DNA of 64,000 nt, taken from the NCBI GenBank assembly GCA_963700155.1, contig OY969472.1, positions 744,690 through 808,689 on the forward strand, read 5' to 3'. Position numbers and translations under genes: made by a program. The notes below the pieces were generated by a model that was given only the letters and a program-made list of their open reading frames with translations, was not told the DNA's origin and did not search any database. Shown here in pieces: positions 29,657 to 38,453 of this stretch (the first letter of the stretch is position 1; every line of letters begins with the position of its first letter). Origin of the DNA: an uncultured bacterium (GTDB taxonomy: Bacteria > Patescibacteriota > Dojkabacteria > J137).

Positions 29657-30256
29657 TTATTTAGTAGCTTCGCTCTCTTTTTTTATTATCTTATCAACCA
29701 ATCCGTATTTTACCGCATCTTGAGCAGTCATGTAAAAGTCTCTATCCATATCTTTCTCAACTTTTTCTTTTGATTGTCCTGATCTTTCAACTATCATATC
29801 TCTAAGTAGATCTTTAAGTCTTAAAATCTCTTTTGCTGTGATAGCTATATCGCTTGCTTGTCCCTCTGCTCCGCCTAAAGGTTGATGCATATGTATCATA
29901 GCATTTTCAAGAGCAAATCTTTTTCCTTTTGCACCATTTGCAAGAATCATTGTTCCCATCGAGGCTGTTGAACCTACTGCAATAGTTATAACATCGGGTT
30001 TAATATAATTCATAGTGTCAATTATTGCTAATCCTGAATAAACTACTCCTCCTGGGCTGTGAATATAAAGTTGAATATCTTTGTTAGGGTCTTCTTTTGT
30101 TAAAAAAAGCATTTGTGCTACAACTGCGTCTGCAACTTGATCATCAATAGCTGTTCCTAAAAATATAATCCTGTCTTTTAGTAATCTTGAATAAATATCG
30201 TATGCTCGCTCTCCTTCTCTAGATTTTTCTATTACAGTAGGAATTAAATAACTCAT
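29657..30256 (-). CDS. clpP: ATP-dependent Clp protease proteolytic subunit
   Basis: [19 protein letters not shown] (Ser), HQPLGG (His), DRD (Asp). Confidence 0.98.
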   Translation of the reverse strand: MSYLIPTVIEKSREGERAYDIYSRLLKDRIIFLGTAIDDQVADAVVAQMLFLTKEDPNKDIQLYIHSPGGVVYSGLAIIDTMNYIKPDVITIAVGSTASMGTMILANGAKGKRFALENAMIHMHQPLGGAEGQASDIAITAKEILRLKDLLRDMIVERSGQSKEKVEKDMDRDFYMTAQDAVKYGLVDKIIKKESEATK

Positions 30257-30394
30257 GATTTTTCTTTAATATTTAAGATTGTTTTTAAGTCTCATTAGCA
30301 AATATTATATCATACTGCTAATTTATTAAAAGATTTAATTAAAATATTGTTACTAGATAAGAAGATATTGAACAAGAAGAATTTTTAAAATATT

Positions 30395-30473
30395 TAAAAC
30401 TGAAAAGTCCCTTTTTCAAGGGACTCCTCAGTTGCACTTTTAACTATTTTTACTGCTTTTGTTTAACTTTTCT
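30395..30473 (-). ncRNA. Candidate ~80-nt small RNA ending in a GAAA-tetraloop hairpin
   Basis: Consensus promoter upstream; stem AACTGAGGAGTCCCTT-GAAA-AAGGGACTTTTCAGTT; no convincing ORF. Confidence 0.5.
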
Positions 30474-30479
30474 AATCAA

Positions 30480-30508
30480 ATTATATGCTTGAGAATAACT
30501 TATGTCAA
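30480..30508 (-). promoter_or_regulatory. Perfect consensus sigma70 promoter
   Basis: TTGACA-17-TATAAT on the minus strand. Confidence 0.85.
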
Positions 30509-30666
30509 CTAATTTATTGAGAAAAATTTTATTGTGCAATAAATAAAATTGTAATCCTAGGAAACCTTACCACACAATAATAATAAGGCTGTATAAAATT
30601 TTTCTCTACTTAGCTAAATTGTACAAATAATTACTATATGTTCAATAGTTTTGTACAAGTATTTTA

Positions 30667-31134
30667 TTAATTTAATGTAAATTTATCTCCAATTTTTAAA
30701 TTATGATTTTCACTCCATCCAGAGTTAACTTCGATTGTAAATTGAGAAGGAATTTTAGAAGAATAAGTCTCTAAAGTTTGATTTGGTCTTGTGGACTTAT
30801 ATAATTGCACTACTTTCAGATTTTTATCTAAATAAATTATATCTAGTGAAATTAATGTATTTTTCATCCAGAAATTTCTCTGAGTTTCATCGTCAAAAAT
30901 GAAAAGCATTCCTGAATTTACTGAAATATTAGTTCTATTCATTAAACCATATTCTTGCTTTTGTGAGGATCTAGCTACTTCAAGATTAAGAATAGTATTA
31001 TCAAACTTGAAGTAAACATTATCTGAATCTGATAAATTTAGTAAATTTGTTGATTGTGCTCTTATTGAGAAGAACAGAAAAATAACGATTAATGTTAATA
31101 GGATTATTAATATTGTTACTATAAATTTTTTCAT
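30667..31134 (-). CDS. DUF192 family protein
   Basis: GLMNR, GMLFIF, FWMKNTLISLDII. Confidence 0.93.
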   Translation of the reverse strand: MKKFIVTILIILLTLIVIFLFFSIRAQSTNLLNLSDSDNVYFKFDNTILNLEVARSSQKQEYGLMNRTNISVNSGMLFIFDDETQRNFWMKNTLISLDIIYLDKNLKVVQLYKSTRPNQTLETYSSKIPSQFTIEVNSGWSENHNLKIGDKFTLN

Positions 31135-31143
31135 TATTTTGCT

Positions 31144-33057
31144 TTAAAATCTTCTTTTAAAGTTTTTTTCTATTTCTGATCTTTCAAGCTGCCAGATTGT
31201 TGGCCTGCCATGGGGGCAATTATAAGGATTTTTTAAAGTTAATAAGTTTTTGATAATACTTACCATTTCTTCTCTCTCAAGCTTTTGTCCTGCTCTTATG
31301 CTCCCATGGCAGGCTGTGGTCGCTAAAAGCATATATACTTCTTTATTTAATTTAGGATAAATATCTTTTTCACTTTCATAAGTTTTTTCAAGATCAGTGT
31401 TCATATTCAAGACCTCATCTATGTAATCCTGAATATCTATATTCTCTACAGCTTCAGGAATTTCGAGAATCTGAATAGAATCTTGACCAAAGTCTTCTAA
31501 GATTATTCCGATATTTTTTAGCTCTTCTTTCTTTTCCAGGAGTAATTCTTTATCATGTCGTTTTAACTCTAGAATCTCTGGTATTAGTAGTGGCTTTGTT
31601 TTCAGCTCACCAAGATTTAAGTACAATCTTTCAAATAAGATTTTTTCAGCTGAAGCATGTTGATCAAGCATTATTAATTTGTTGTCTTTTTCAAAAAGAA
31701 TATATGTATTAAAAAGCTGAAATACTTTATCATATTTCATTTCTTGCTGAGTAATTTGTGAATCTGAGCCTTGAATTATTGCCTCATTTTTATCATTATA
31801 AAGCGCTTTCTTTTCTTCAGAATCTGAATTTAAAAATTCTTGGAAATTTTGTGATTTTGAACTATCAATCAAGTTCTTGGTAAAAGAAAGCGCCTCCTGA
31901 ACTTTCCCTTTGGGAGCTTTTTGCTTAAATGAATAATTTGAAGTTTTATCGTTAGCTAAAAAACTTGGTTTTTGTGTTGTGTGTCCAAAGAAATCATTTG
32001 ATGCTGAATCTTGTCTATTCTCAGAATCAAAATTATCCTGCAGAGTATCTGTAATAATTGATTTTGTTGAAGTTTCTAAGGTCTTTCTACATAATGAATA
32101 AACATATCTGAAAATTTCTTGAGAATTTAAAAATCTGATTTCCGTTTTTCTTGGATGAATATTTACATCTATTTGAGATGGATCTATTTCAATAAATAAA
32201 AAGTATGCTGGTTTTAGATCTTTATGAATAAAACCTTTGTAAGCCTCTAATACTGCTGTTGCTACAATTTTATTAATAACAAATCTTCTATTTACATAGG
32301 TATATTGAAAGTTATAACTTTTCTTCCCTATTTCCGGCTTTCCAAAATAGCCTGTTATCTTTATCTGTCCGTTATCAAAAGTTTTCATTTCGAAAAGATT
32401 GGATGCAGTTTGTTTCCCAAAAGCCTCAAATACTCTATTCTTAAAACTTTCTGCTTTAGTTAACCTATAAACTAATCTGTCGTTATGATAAAGTTCAAAA
32501 TGAATATTCAAATGTGGTAAAGCAATATTTAGAAATGTTTCAGTAAGATGTTTTAGCTCTACAGCATTTGATTTCAGGAATTTTTTTCTTGCAGGTATAT
32601 TTTTAAAAATATTATAAATTGATATTTTAGTTCCTTTTTCTGTTTGTGTAGATTTTGCAAAATCTTCTTTAGTATTTTCAATCGTAAGTTTAACAGCTTC
32701 GCCGTTTTCTATTTTGCTTTGTAGTTCAACTCTTTCCGCAACTGATGAAATACTTGCTAAAGCTTCACCTCTAAAACCAAATGAAAGTATCTTATGTAAA
32801 TCTTCTTCATTATTAATTTTCGATGTAGCATGCTGTTTAAAGGCCATTTTTGCATTTTCTTGATCCATTCCTACTCCATTATCTTTAACTTCAATTAATT
32901 CGTTTCCATAGTCTTTTATATTTACGATAATTTTTGAACTCTCAGCATCGATTGAATTCTCTAAAAGTTCTTTTAGAACAGATGATGGACGCTCCACTAC
33001 CTCGCCAGCAGCAATAAGGTTTATTAAATTTTGAGGTAAAATTCTAATTTTATTCAT
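31144..33057 (-). CDS. mutL: DNA mismatch repair endonuclease MutL
   Basis: IAAGEVVERP, GFRGEAL, DQHASAE, CPHGRP. Confidence 0.98.
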   Translation of the reverse strand: MNKIRILPQNLINLIAAGEVVERPSSVLKELLENSIDAESSKIIVNIKDYGNELIEVKDNGVGMDQENAKMAFKQHATSKINNEEDLHKILSFGFRGEALASISSVAERVELQSKIENGEAVKLTIENTKEDFAKSTQTEKGTKISIYNIFKNIPARKKFLKSNAVELKHLTETFLNIALPHLNIHFELYHNDRLVYRLTKAESFKNRVFEAFGKQTASNLFEMKTFDNGQIKITGYFGKPEIGKKSYNFQYTYVNRRFVINKIVATAVLEAYKGFIHKDLKPAYFLFIEIDPSQIDVNIHPRKTEIRFLNSQEIFRYVYSLCRKTLETSTKSIITDTLQDNFDSENRQDSASNDFFGHTTQKPSFLANDKTSNYSFKQKAPKGKVQEALSFTKNLIDSSKSQNFQEFLNSDSEEKKALYNDKNEAIIQGSDSQITQQEMKYDKVFQLFNTYILFEKDNKLIMLDQHASAEKILFERLYLNLGELKTKPLLIPEILELKRHDKELLLEKKEELKNIGIILEDFGQDSIQILEIPEAVENIDIQDYIDEVLNMNTDLEKTYESEKDIYPKLNKEVYMLLATTACHGSIRAGQKLEREEMVSIIKNLLTLKNPYNCPHGRPTIWQLERSEIEKNFKRRF

Positions 33058-33324
33058 AGGTATTTTATTTTACACTAAAGTCTCTAATTTTGAAGCTTAT
33101 CTACAAAATAATAGTGTTTTGTTACGTATTATTACTAAAAAATAGATGCAAAATGTTATACATATTAACGAAATTCAAGCTTTCCAAGGCATTGTATAAA
33201 TTCTAAGTCTATTCTTAGTAGATATTTAAATTTAATACTGTTAAAAATATTTCTTAATCTACTTTAAATAGATATATTTTAATATAATCTCTAAAAACAA
33301 CTAATTATTTTGGAAATATATTTC

Positions 33325-33699
33325 TTAGGGTTCAGCCTCTACCCCGTCTGGATTAATGTATAAAAATCCGGAAAGTAGATAGCATTCGAAAATCGAAAGA
33401 TTAAGAATAATTGCTAAAGATCTAACAATATTAAAAGAAGGTACTACTTCATTATTTATAATTCTGGATATATATGAAGAATTAACATGGAAATGATTAG
33501 CACTAATAACTCTTGCACTCTCATTGAGACCAAATTTTAATACTAGTGGCCGTATCATTTCAGCAAATGGCTTCGATTGTTCAAGTGTAGTATGTGATCT
33601 GAATCCTAATCTATTTGAATCAAAAAGAAATTGAGCGATTTCAATTAGTTTTTCAGTGTCTTTAGATAAAGTATCTACAACAAATGAGTTTATATCCAT
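33325..33699 (-). CDS. XRE-family HTH-like protein
   Basis: VNSSYISRIINNEVVPSFNIVRSLA resembles an HTH_3 recognition helix. Confidence 0.55.
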   Translation of the reverse strand: MDINSFVVDTLSKDTEKLIEIAQFLFDSNRLGFRSHTTLEQSKPFAEMIRPLVLKFGLNESARVISANHFHVNSSYISRIINNEVVPSFNIVRSLAIILNLSIFECYLLSGFLYINPDGVEAEP

Positions 33700-33737
33700 A
33701 TTTAGGATATTATCATAATTTTACAAAACTGAAGATT

Positions 33738-35024
33738 TTATCTGCCCTTCTCTATCTTTGCACCAAGTCGTCTTAAGACCTGAATTATTTCAGGGAATCT
33801 TCTATAAAGTATATCTGCATTGTCAATTACAGTTGTACCTGATGCAGATAAAGCTGCAAGAACAAGAGCATGTGTACATTGCAGAATTGTTGAAGAATTG
33901 ATTTGTGTCCCTTTAAAACTACTTTCTCCAAGTGTAATAATTTGATTAGGGTTGGTCATTGTAAACTTTGCTTGCATCTTGAATAACTCCGTATATAGCT
34001 CGATAAGCTGTACTTCATACATATTTGAGTAAACTCTTATCGAACCACCGGCTTTTAATGCTAAAACTAAGGCTTGTGGAATTAAATCCACTGGAAATCC
34101 AGGCCATGGTTCATCTTTAATCTTATCCATATCGCCCTTTAAATTAGGTTTAGCGATTAATTTTTGCTTTCCCGGTACAAAGATATCCTCATCTCTTATT
34201 TCGACCTTTAAATTGAGTTTAGCGAAGTTATTAATAATTTGGGTCATATGTTGAGGAATTGCATTCTTAATTGTAATTTCTCCACCTGTAACTGCAGCAG
34301 CTACAATTAAACCTCCAATATCAATATGATCAGGTGGAACAGTCCATTCCCCTCCACTTAAACTCTCAACACCATCAATAATTAGTCGATTTGTTCCAAT
34401 TCCTTGAATTTGTGCCCCTAAATAATTTAAGAAATTGCATAAATCTTGAGTATGAGGTTCACAAGCAGCATTATAAATTATAGTTCTTCCCTTAGCTTTT
34501 ACAGCTGCTAAAATTAGGTTTTCTGTTCCTGTTACAGAAGCTTCTAATAGCCAAACATTTTCATTCCCTTTTAATCCTGGAGTTGATAGTTTATATCCAT
34601 CATTTTTATCTAAGTGTACATTTAATTCTTGAAGACCTTGAAACATTGCATCAAGTGGGCGATTCCCGAGCTTGCATCCCCCTCCATCTTTAATGGAAGC
34701 TCTTCCAAACCTCTCCAAAAGAGGACCTAAAAATATAAAAGTTGCTCTTTCTTTTGAAGCTAAAACCTCGTCAATATCTGGAGTTTTTATTGTTGTTCCA
34801 TCTAATCTTATACTGTTTCCTTCTAAGTATGATACTTTACCTCCAAGTTGTTTAAAAACATGGAGCATTACCCTAACAGAACTACTTTTAGGGACATTGT
34901 GAATAGTCACAGGTTCATCCGCTAAAACACATGCAGGAATTAACTTTACAATAGAATTCTTGTTTGGCATCGGTTCAACTTCGCCATGCAAATCATAACC
35001 TCCTGTTATTTTTAATGAAGACAT
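33738..35024 (-). CDS. murA: UDP-N-acetylglucosamine 1-carboxyvinyltransferase
   Basis: NKNS, GGCKLGNRP (catalytic Cys), SVTGTEN, NAACEP, PWPGFPVD. Confidence 0.95.
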   Translation of the reverse strand: MSSLKITGGYDLHGEVEPMPNKNSIVKLIPACVLADEPVTIHNVPKSSSVRVMLHVFKQLGGKVSYLEGNSIRLDGTTIKTPDIDEVLASKERATFIFLGPLLERFGRASIKDGGGCKLGNRPLDAMFQGLQELNVHLDKNDGYKLSTPGLKGNENVWLLEASVTGTENLILAAVKAKGRTIIYNAACEPHTQDLCNFLNYLGAQIQGIGTNRLIIDGVESLSGGEWTVPPDHIDIGGLIVAAAVTGGEITIKNAIPQHMTQIINNFAKLNLKVEIRDEDIFVPGKQKLIAKPNLKGDMDKIKDEPWPGFPVDLIPQALVLALKAGGSIRVYSNMYEVQLIELYTELFKMQAKFTMTNPNQIITLGESSFKGTQINSSTILQCTHALVLAALSASGTTVIDNADILYRRFPEIIQVLRRLGAKIEKGR

Positions 35025-35076
35025 ATTTATTAATTAATGTTGATTAAGATTATTTCAAATTATAGGCTGAATATCT

Positions 35077-35319
35077 TTAACCTTCAAGATCTATGTCACC
35101 TAATAAGGTTGTTACATCAAAACCTTTTCCAGTGCCATATTCAACCAGTTTGATTTCATCATCATCATCAGGTGTAGATTCGATCTGGGGAAGATAACCC
35201 TCTCGGATCAATTCTAGAAATTCAGATTGCTCTTCATCAGTAATTTTTCGTGAAGATATCCTTTGATTTAGAAAGTTAATTCGTGCTTGTTTTGTTGTAG
35301 GATCACTATCTAAGCTCAT
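35077..35319 (-). CDS. Small acidic hypothetical protein
   Basis: ORF just downstream of tRNA-Val; ITDEEQSEFLELI motif. Confidence 0.55.
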   Translation of the reverse strand: MSLDSDPTTKQARINFLNQRISSRKITDEEQSEFLELIREGYLPQIESTPDDDDEIKLVEYGTGKGFDVTTLLGDIDLEG

Positions 35320-35336
35320 TATATTGGTAGTAATAA

Positions 35337-35413
35337 TGGTGAGCGCTGAGGGATTCGAACCCCCGACCCTCTCGGTGTAAACGAGATGCTCTAGCCAGCT
35401 GAGCTAAGCGCTC
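35337..35413 (-). tRNA. tRNA-Val (TAC), CCA encoded
   Basis: TCTCG-TT TAC AC-CGAGA anticodon arm; GTTCGAATCCC; ends CACCA. Confidence 0.97.
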
Positions 35414-35446
35414 GATAACAAATACTACAGATTTTTAAAGCTTTAA

Positions 35447-35540
35447 CTCTAGCTCCCATAAAGGGACTAATATCTTCTTTTATTCGACTACACTTCGCTT
35501 GTCTCACAAAGAATCTCTTGAGCAGCTGAGCTAAGCGCTC
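35447..35540 (-). repeat. Duplicated 5' fragment of tRNA-Val interrupted by a 69-nt element in the D-loop
   Basis: GAGCGCTTAGCTCAGCTG (35540-35523) + insert (35522-35454) + GCTAGAG (35453-35447); insert 58/69 identical to 54976-55044. Confidence 0.9.
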
Positions 35541-35556
35541 GAAAAACGAGCACTGT

Positions 35557-35585
35557 ATTATATCTTATTTTCTTATAATGGTGAA
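35557..35585 (-). promoter_or_regulatory. Probable tRNA-Val promoter, upstream of the fragment copy
   Basis: TTCACC-17-TATAAT. Confidence 0.6.
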
Positions 35586-35599
35586 TAGTAATTATTTGT

Positions 35600-35618
35600 A
35601 ATCCCTCAGCGCTCACCA
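35600..35618 (+). repeat. Inverted 19-bp copy of the tRNA-Val 3' end (AATCCCTCAGCGCTCACCA)
   Basis: Exact reverse complement of 35337-35355. Confidence 0.9.
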
Positions 35619-35621
35619 AAA

Positions 35622-36311
35622 CTATTTAATTTCAAAAGTATTTGCAATATTAAACAATACTTCTTTATTAACACTGTCTGTAGAATTAGTAATTGTTAAA
35701 ATATAAGTTTGGTCCCTTTTTGTATCTGGAAAATAATATTGATCCTGTTCGATATTTATATTTCCTTTTGATGCATTCCATAAAACATGGCAAGCATCAT
35801 TACTTCCATATGTCCCTAATGAATAATTTAACGAGGTTTTATCAACAATATAACCTTCATCTGTTAAAGTTGAAGTAGCATTTTGGCCAAGACTTAAACA
35901 ATTAGTATAACTTAGATCGAATGAGCTGTTTGTTATTATAATACTAGCGTTATCATTCCCATTATTTGTATTTTTTTCTTTAAGTGATAAAAGAACAGAT
36001 GAATAATTATTTGAAGTTACAGAATCTTTTAAATTTAGTTTAGAATTATCATATTTGAAAGTAAAATCTATTGAATAATCACCAGTATAATTTACCTCAT
36101 TTGTATTTGTATCTGTAGAATTATTTAAATCTTGTTGAGTTGATTCATTTGAATTTTGTGAACAAACTCCACTCGTTGGATTTGCTGAAGGGCCTTTATA
36201 GAAACATGTACCATCTATTTCAAAATACCCAAAAAAGAATAAGATTCCACCTAAAATTATCATAAAACATAGGAGCAATAAACAACCTCCAACAAGAATC
36301 TTTTTCTTCAT
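35622..36311 (-). CDS. Membrane-anchored extracytoplasmic protein (possibly PsbP/DcrB-like fold)
   Basis: N-terminal TM, S/T/N linker, FTFKYD...TYILTIT...IANTFEIK pattern. Confidence 0.6.
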   Translation of the reverse strand: MKKKILVGGCLLLLCFMIILGGILFFFGYFEIDGTCFYKGPSANPTSGVCSQNSNESTQQDLNNSTDTNTNEVNYTGDYSIDFTFKYDNSKLNLKDSVTSNNYSSVLLSLKEKNTNNGNDNASIIITNSSFDLSYTNCLSLGQNATSTLTDEGYIVDKTSLNYSLGTYGSNDACHVLWNASKGNINIEQDQYYFPDTKRDQTYILTITNSTDSVNKEVLFNIANTFEIK

Positions 36312-36378
36312 TTTCTAGTTATATAAAAGTTTAATAATTTAGTATATACAAGATATAATTTTATTTATATAAAGAATC

Positions 36379-36822
36379 TTATTTATCTGCTAATTTCTCA
36401 AGCAATTTTTCTTGATATTCCAAATGTTGGAAGACTGCTTCTAGCTCTCTCTCAGTTCTTATGTTTATTTCAAAATCAGCAGATGCACGTTCATGAGCTA
36501 CTTTATCCTGAAGGTTTTCTGCAATTAATAATAGTGGTAATAATATAAGTTGAATTACATTTGAAACAAATAGCCAGAGTACGAAAGCAGGATATGGATC
36601 AAACCTTAAATGTTCAGGAGCAAAAGTATTCCATAGCAGCCAAACTGCAGTCCATAAAAACAATATTATGAAAAATCCAAATGTCCCGACTTTATCCGAA
36701 ATTGCCATCGAGATTCTCTCAGCTTTTGATAATTTAGAAAGTCTTGCTTTATAATAATTTTGTAAAGGTACTCTTTTTTTCTTTATTTCTTCAAGGGATA
36801 TTGGTTTTTCTTGTTCTGTCAT
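36379..36822 (-). CDS. DUF1003 membrane protein
   Basis: AERIS..ISDKVGT, FDPYPAF, LLPLLLIAEN. Confidence 0.88.
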   Translation of the reverse strand: MTEQEKPISLEEIKKKRVPLQNYYKARLSKLSKAERISMAISDKVGTFGFFIILFLWTAVWLLWNTFAPEHLRFDPYPAFVLWLFVSNVIQLILLPLLLIAENLQDKVAHERASADFEINIRTERELEAVFQHLEYQEKLLEKLADK

Positions 36823-37077
36823 AATTTGATTTAATAATTAATAAAAGTAATTGTATTTTAATAAAAAGTTCAATAAAGAGCAAAGTTGTATATCCTATAG
36901 TAGTTTTTTGTTTTGTTCATTAAATTTACTCTAACTTTATATCTCTTGTTCAGATATGAATTTCTATGTAAATATATACTAAACATTTATACTTTGTCAC
37001 TTTTGTATATAGAAAACTATTGTTCAGTTATATACCTAGTGATATACTAAGAATAAGAATATTAATAACAATCGCTT

Positions 37078-37248
37078 ATGACAACTTCAAATAATGCTCA
37101 AGTTTTGGGTGTAGGAATTGCTGGTGGATCCGGTTTAACATTATTAGGTGTACCTGTTGAAACTTCAGTAGCAATAGGTATCGGGGTCCTTTTTATTTTG
37201 CTTTGTGCATATTTAGTTTATAAATTCCGAAATAGAAAATTTAGATGA
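37078..37248 (+). CDS. Small Gly-rich membrane protein, 56 aa (not in ORF track), coupled to GT2
   Basis: MTTSNNAQVLGVGIAGGSGLTLLGVPVETSVAIGIGVLFILLCAYLVYKFRNRKFR; ATGA overlap with the GT2 start; TGATATACT upstream. Confidence 0.75.
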   Translation: MTTSNNAQVLGVGIAGGSGLTLLGVPVETSVAIGIGVLFILLCAYLVYKFRNRKFR

Positions 37249-38453
37249 TAATAAATCAGATTTTAGGTTTATACCTACTACTGGCTTTAGTAAGAGCTGT
37301 ATATGCCCTCTGTATTGGCTTTTTTTATTTGCATAAATATCCAAAGCCAGATGCATCATATAATCCATTCATCAGCATAGTTATTCCAGCATGGAATGAA
37401 GAGATGGGAATAAAAAAGACATTAGATTCAGTTTTAAAAAGTACATACAAAAATTATGAAATTATAGTTGTTAATGATGGTTCTTCTGATTCTACAAAAT
37501 ACATTGTAGAAAGTTATCATAAAAAATATCCCAAAAAAGTTATACTATTTAATCAGAAGAACCAAGGAAAATATACCGCTTTAAACAAAGGTATCAAAAA
37601 TTCTAAAGGAGAAATTATTGTAACTATCGATGCAGATTCTTATGTATATCCTAATGCAATTCAACTATTAGTCGAAGCTTTGAGTGATAAATCATTTGAT
37701 GCAACTGTTGGTAAAATAATTGTAGGAAGCCCTGGCTCAAAGATTGGGGTTTCTAGACCTAAAAATTTAATAGGAGTGGTTCAGTTCTTTGAGTATATGT
37801 TTGGTTATCATATAAAAAAGACCCAACATCAGAATAATTCAATCTATATTTTACCTGGAGCATTTGCTGCTATGCGGAAAAGTGTTATTGAAGAGATAGG
37901 ATACTATGAGGGATATTCTAAGACTGAAGATTTTGACTTGTCTATGAAATTAAGAATGAATGGTAGTAGAATTTCATATATAGATGATGCATTATGTGTT
38001 ACGGAAGGGGCTTCTGATTTGAAAGGGTTAATTAACCAACGAACAAGATGGAGACATGGATTTTTAGTATGCTTACTTCATAGAAAAGATTACATTTTAA
38101 GTACTAAAAAAGGTATATATTTAACTTTCGTTGATTTCCCCTTGGTATTGTGGGGATTATTAGATATTTTAATTTACCCATTATTATTTGTTGTCCTCTC
38201 AATTCAAATTATAATATCAAGAGATATTTTATTATTTTTTGTTTTTTATATAATAATCCCATATTCATATTTAATGCTTTTGGATAAAGATGTTCTTGCT
38301 CATAAAGATCTTCTAAAATATCTACCTATTTTGCCATTTTTATTTTCTATAATAAACATAGTTGAGCATATAGCCTTATTAAAAGCTTCATACAGGATAA
38401 TAAAAAGAAAAGATACTGCGTGGACTCATTGGGTCAGAGTTGGAGTTCAATGA
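37245..38453 (+). CDS. Processive GT2 glycosyltransferase (PgaC/IcaA-like)
   Basis: PAWNEE, DGSSD, GKYTALN, DAD, TED, QRTRW; TMs. Confidence 0.93.
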   Translation: MIINQILGLYLLLALVRAVYALCIGFFYLHKYPKPDASYNPFISIVIPAWNEEMGIKKTLDSVLKSTYKNYEIIVVNDGSSDSTKYIVESYHKKYPKKVILFNQKNQGKYTALNKGIKNSKGEIIVTIDADSYVYPNAIQLLVEALSDKSFDATVGKIIVGSPGSKIGVSRPKNLIGVVQFFEYMFGYHIKKTQHQNNSIYILPGAFAAMRKSVIEEIGYYEGYSKTEDFDLSMKLRMNGSRISYIDDALCVTEGASDLKGLINQRTRWRHGFLVCLLHRKDYILSTKKGIYLTFVDFPLVLWGLLDILIYPLLFVVLSIQIIISRDILLFFVFYIIIPYSYLMLLDKDVLAHKDLLKYLPILPFLFSIINIVEHIALLKASYRIIKRKDTAWTHWVRVGVQ

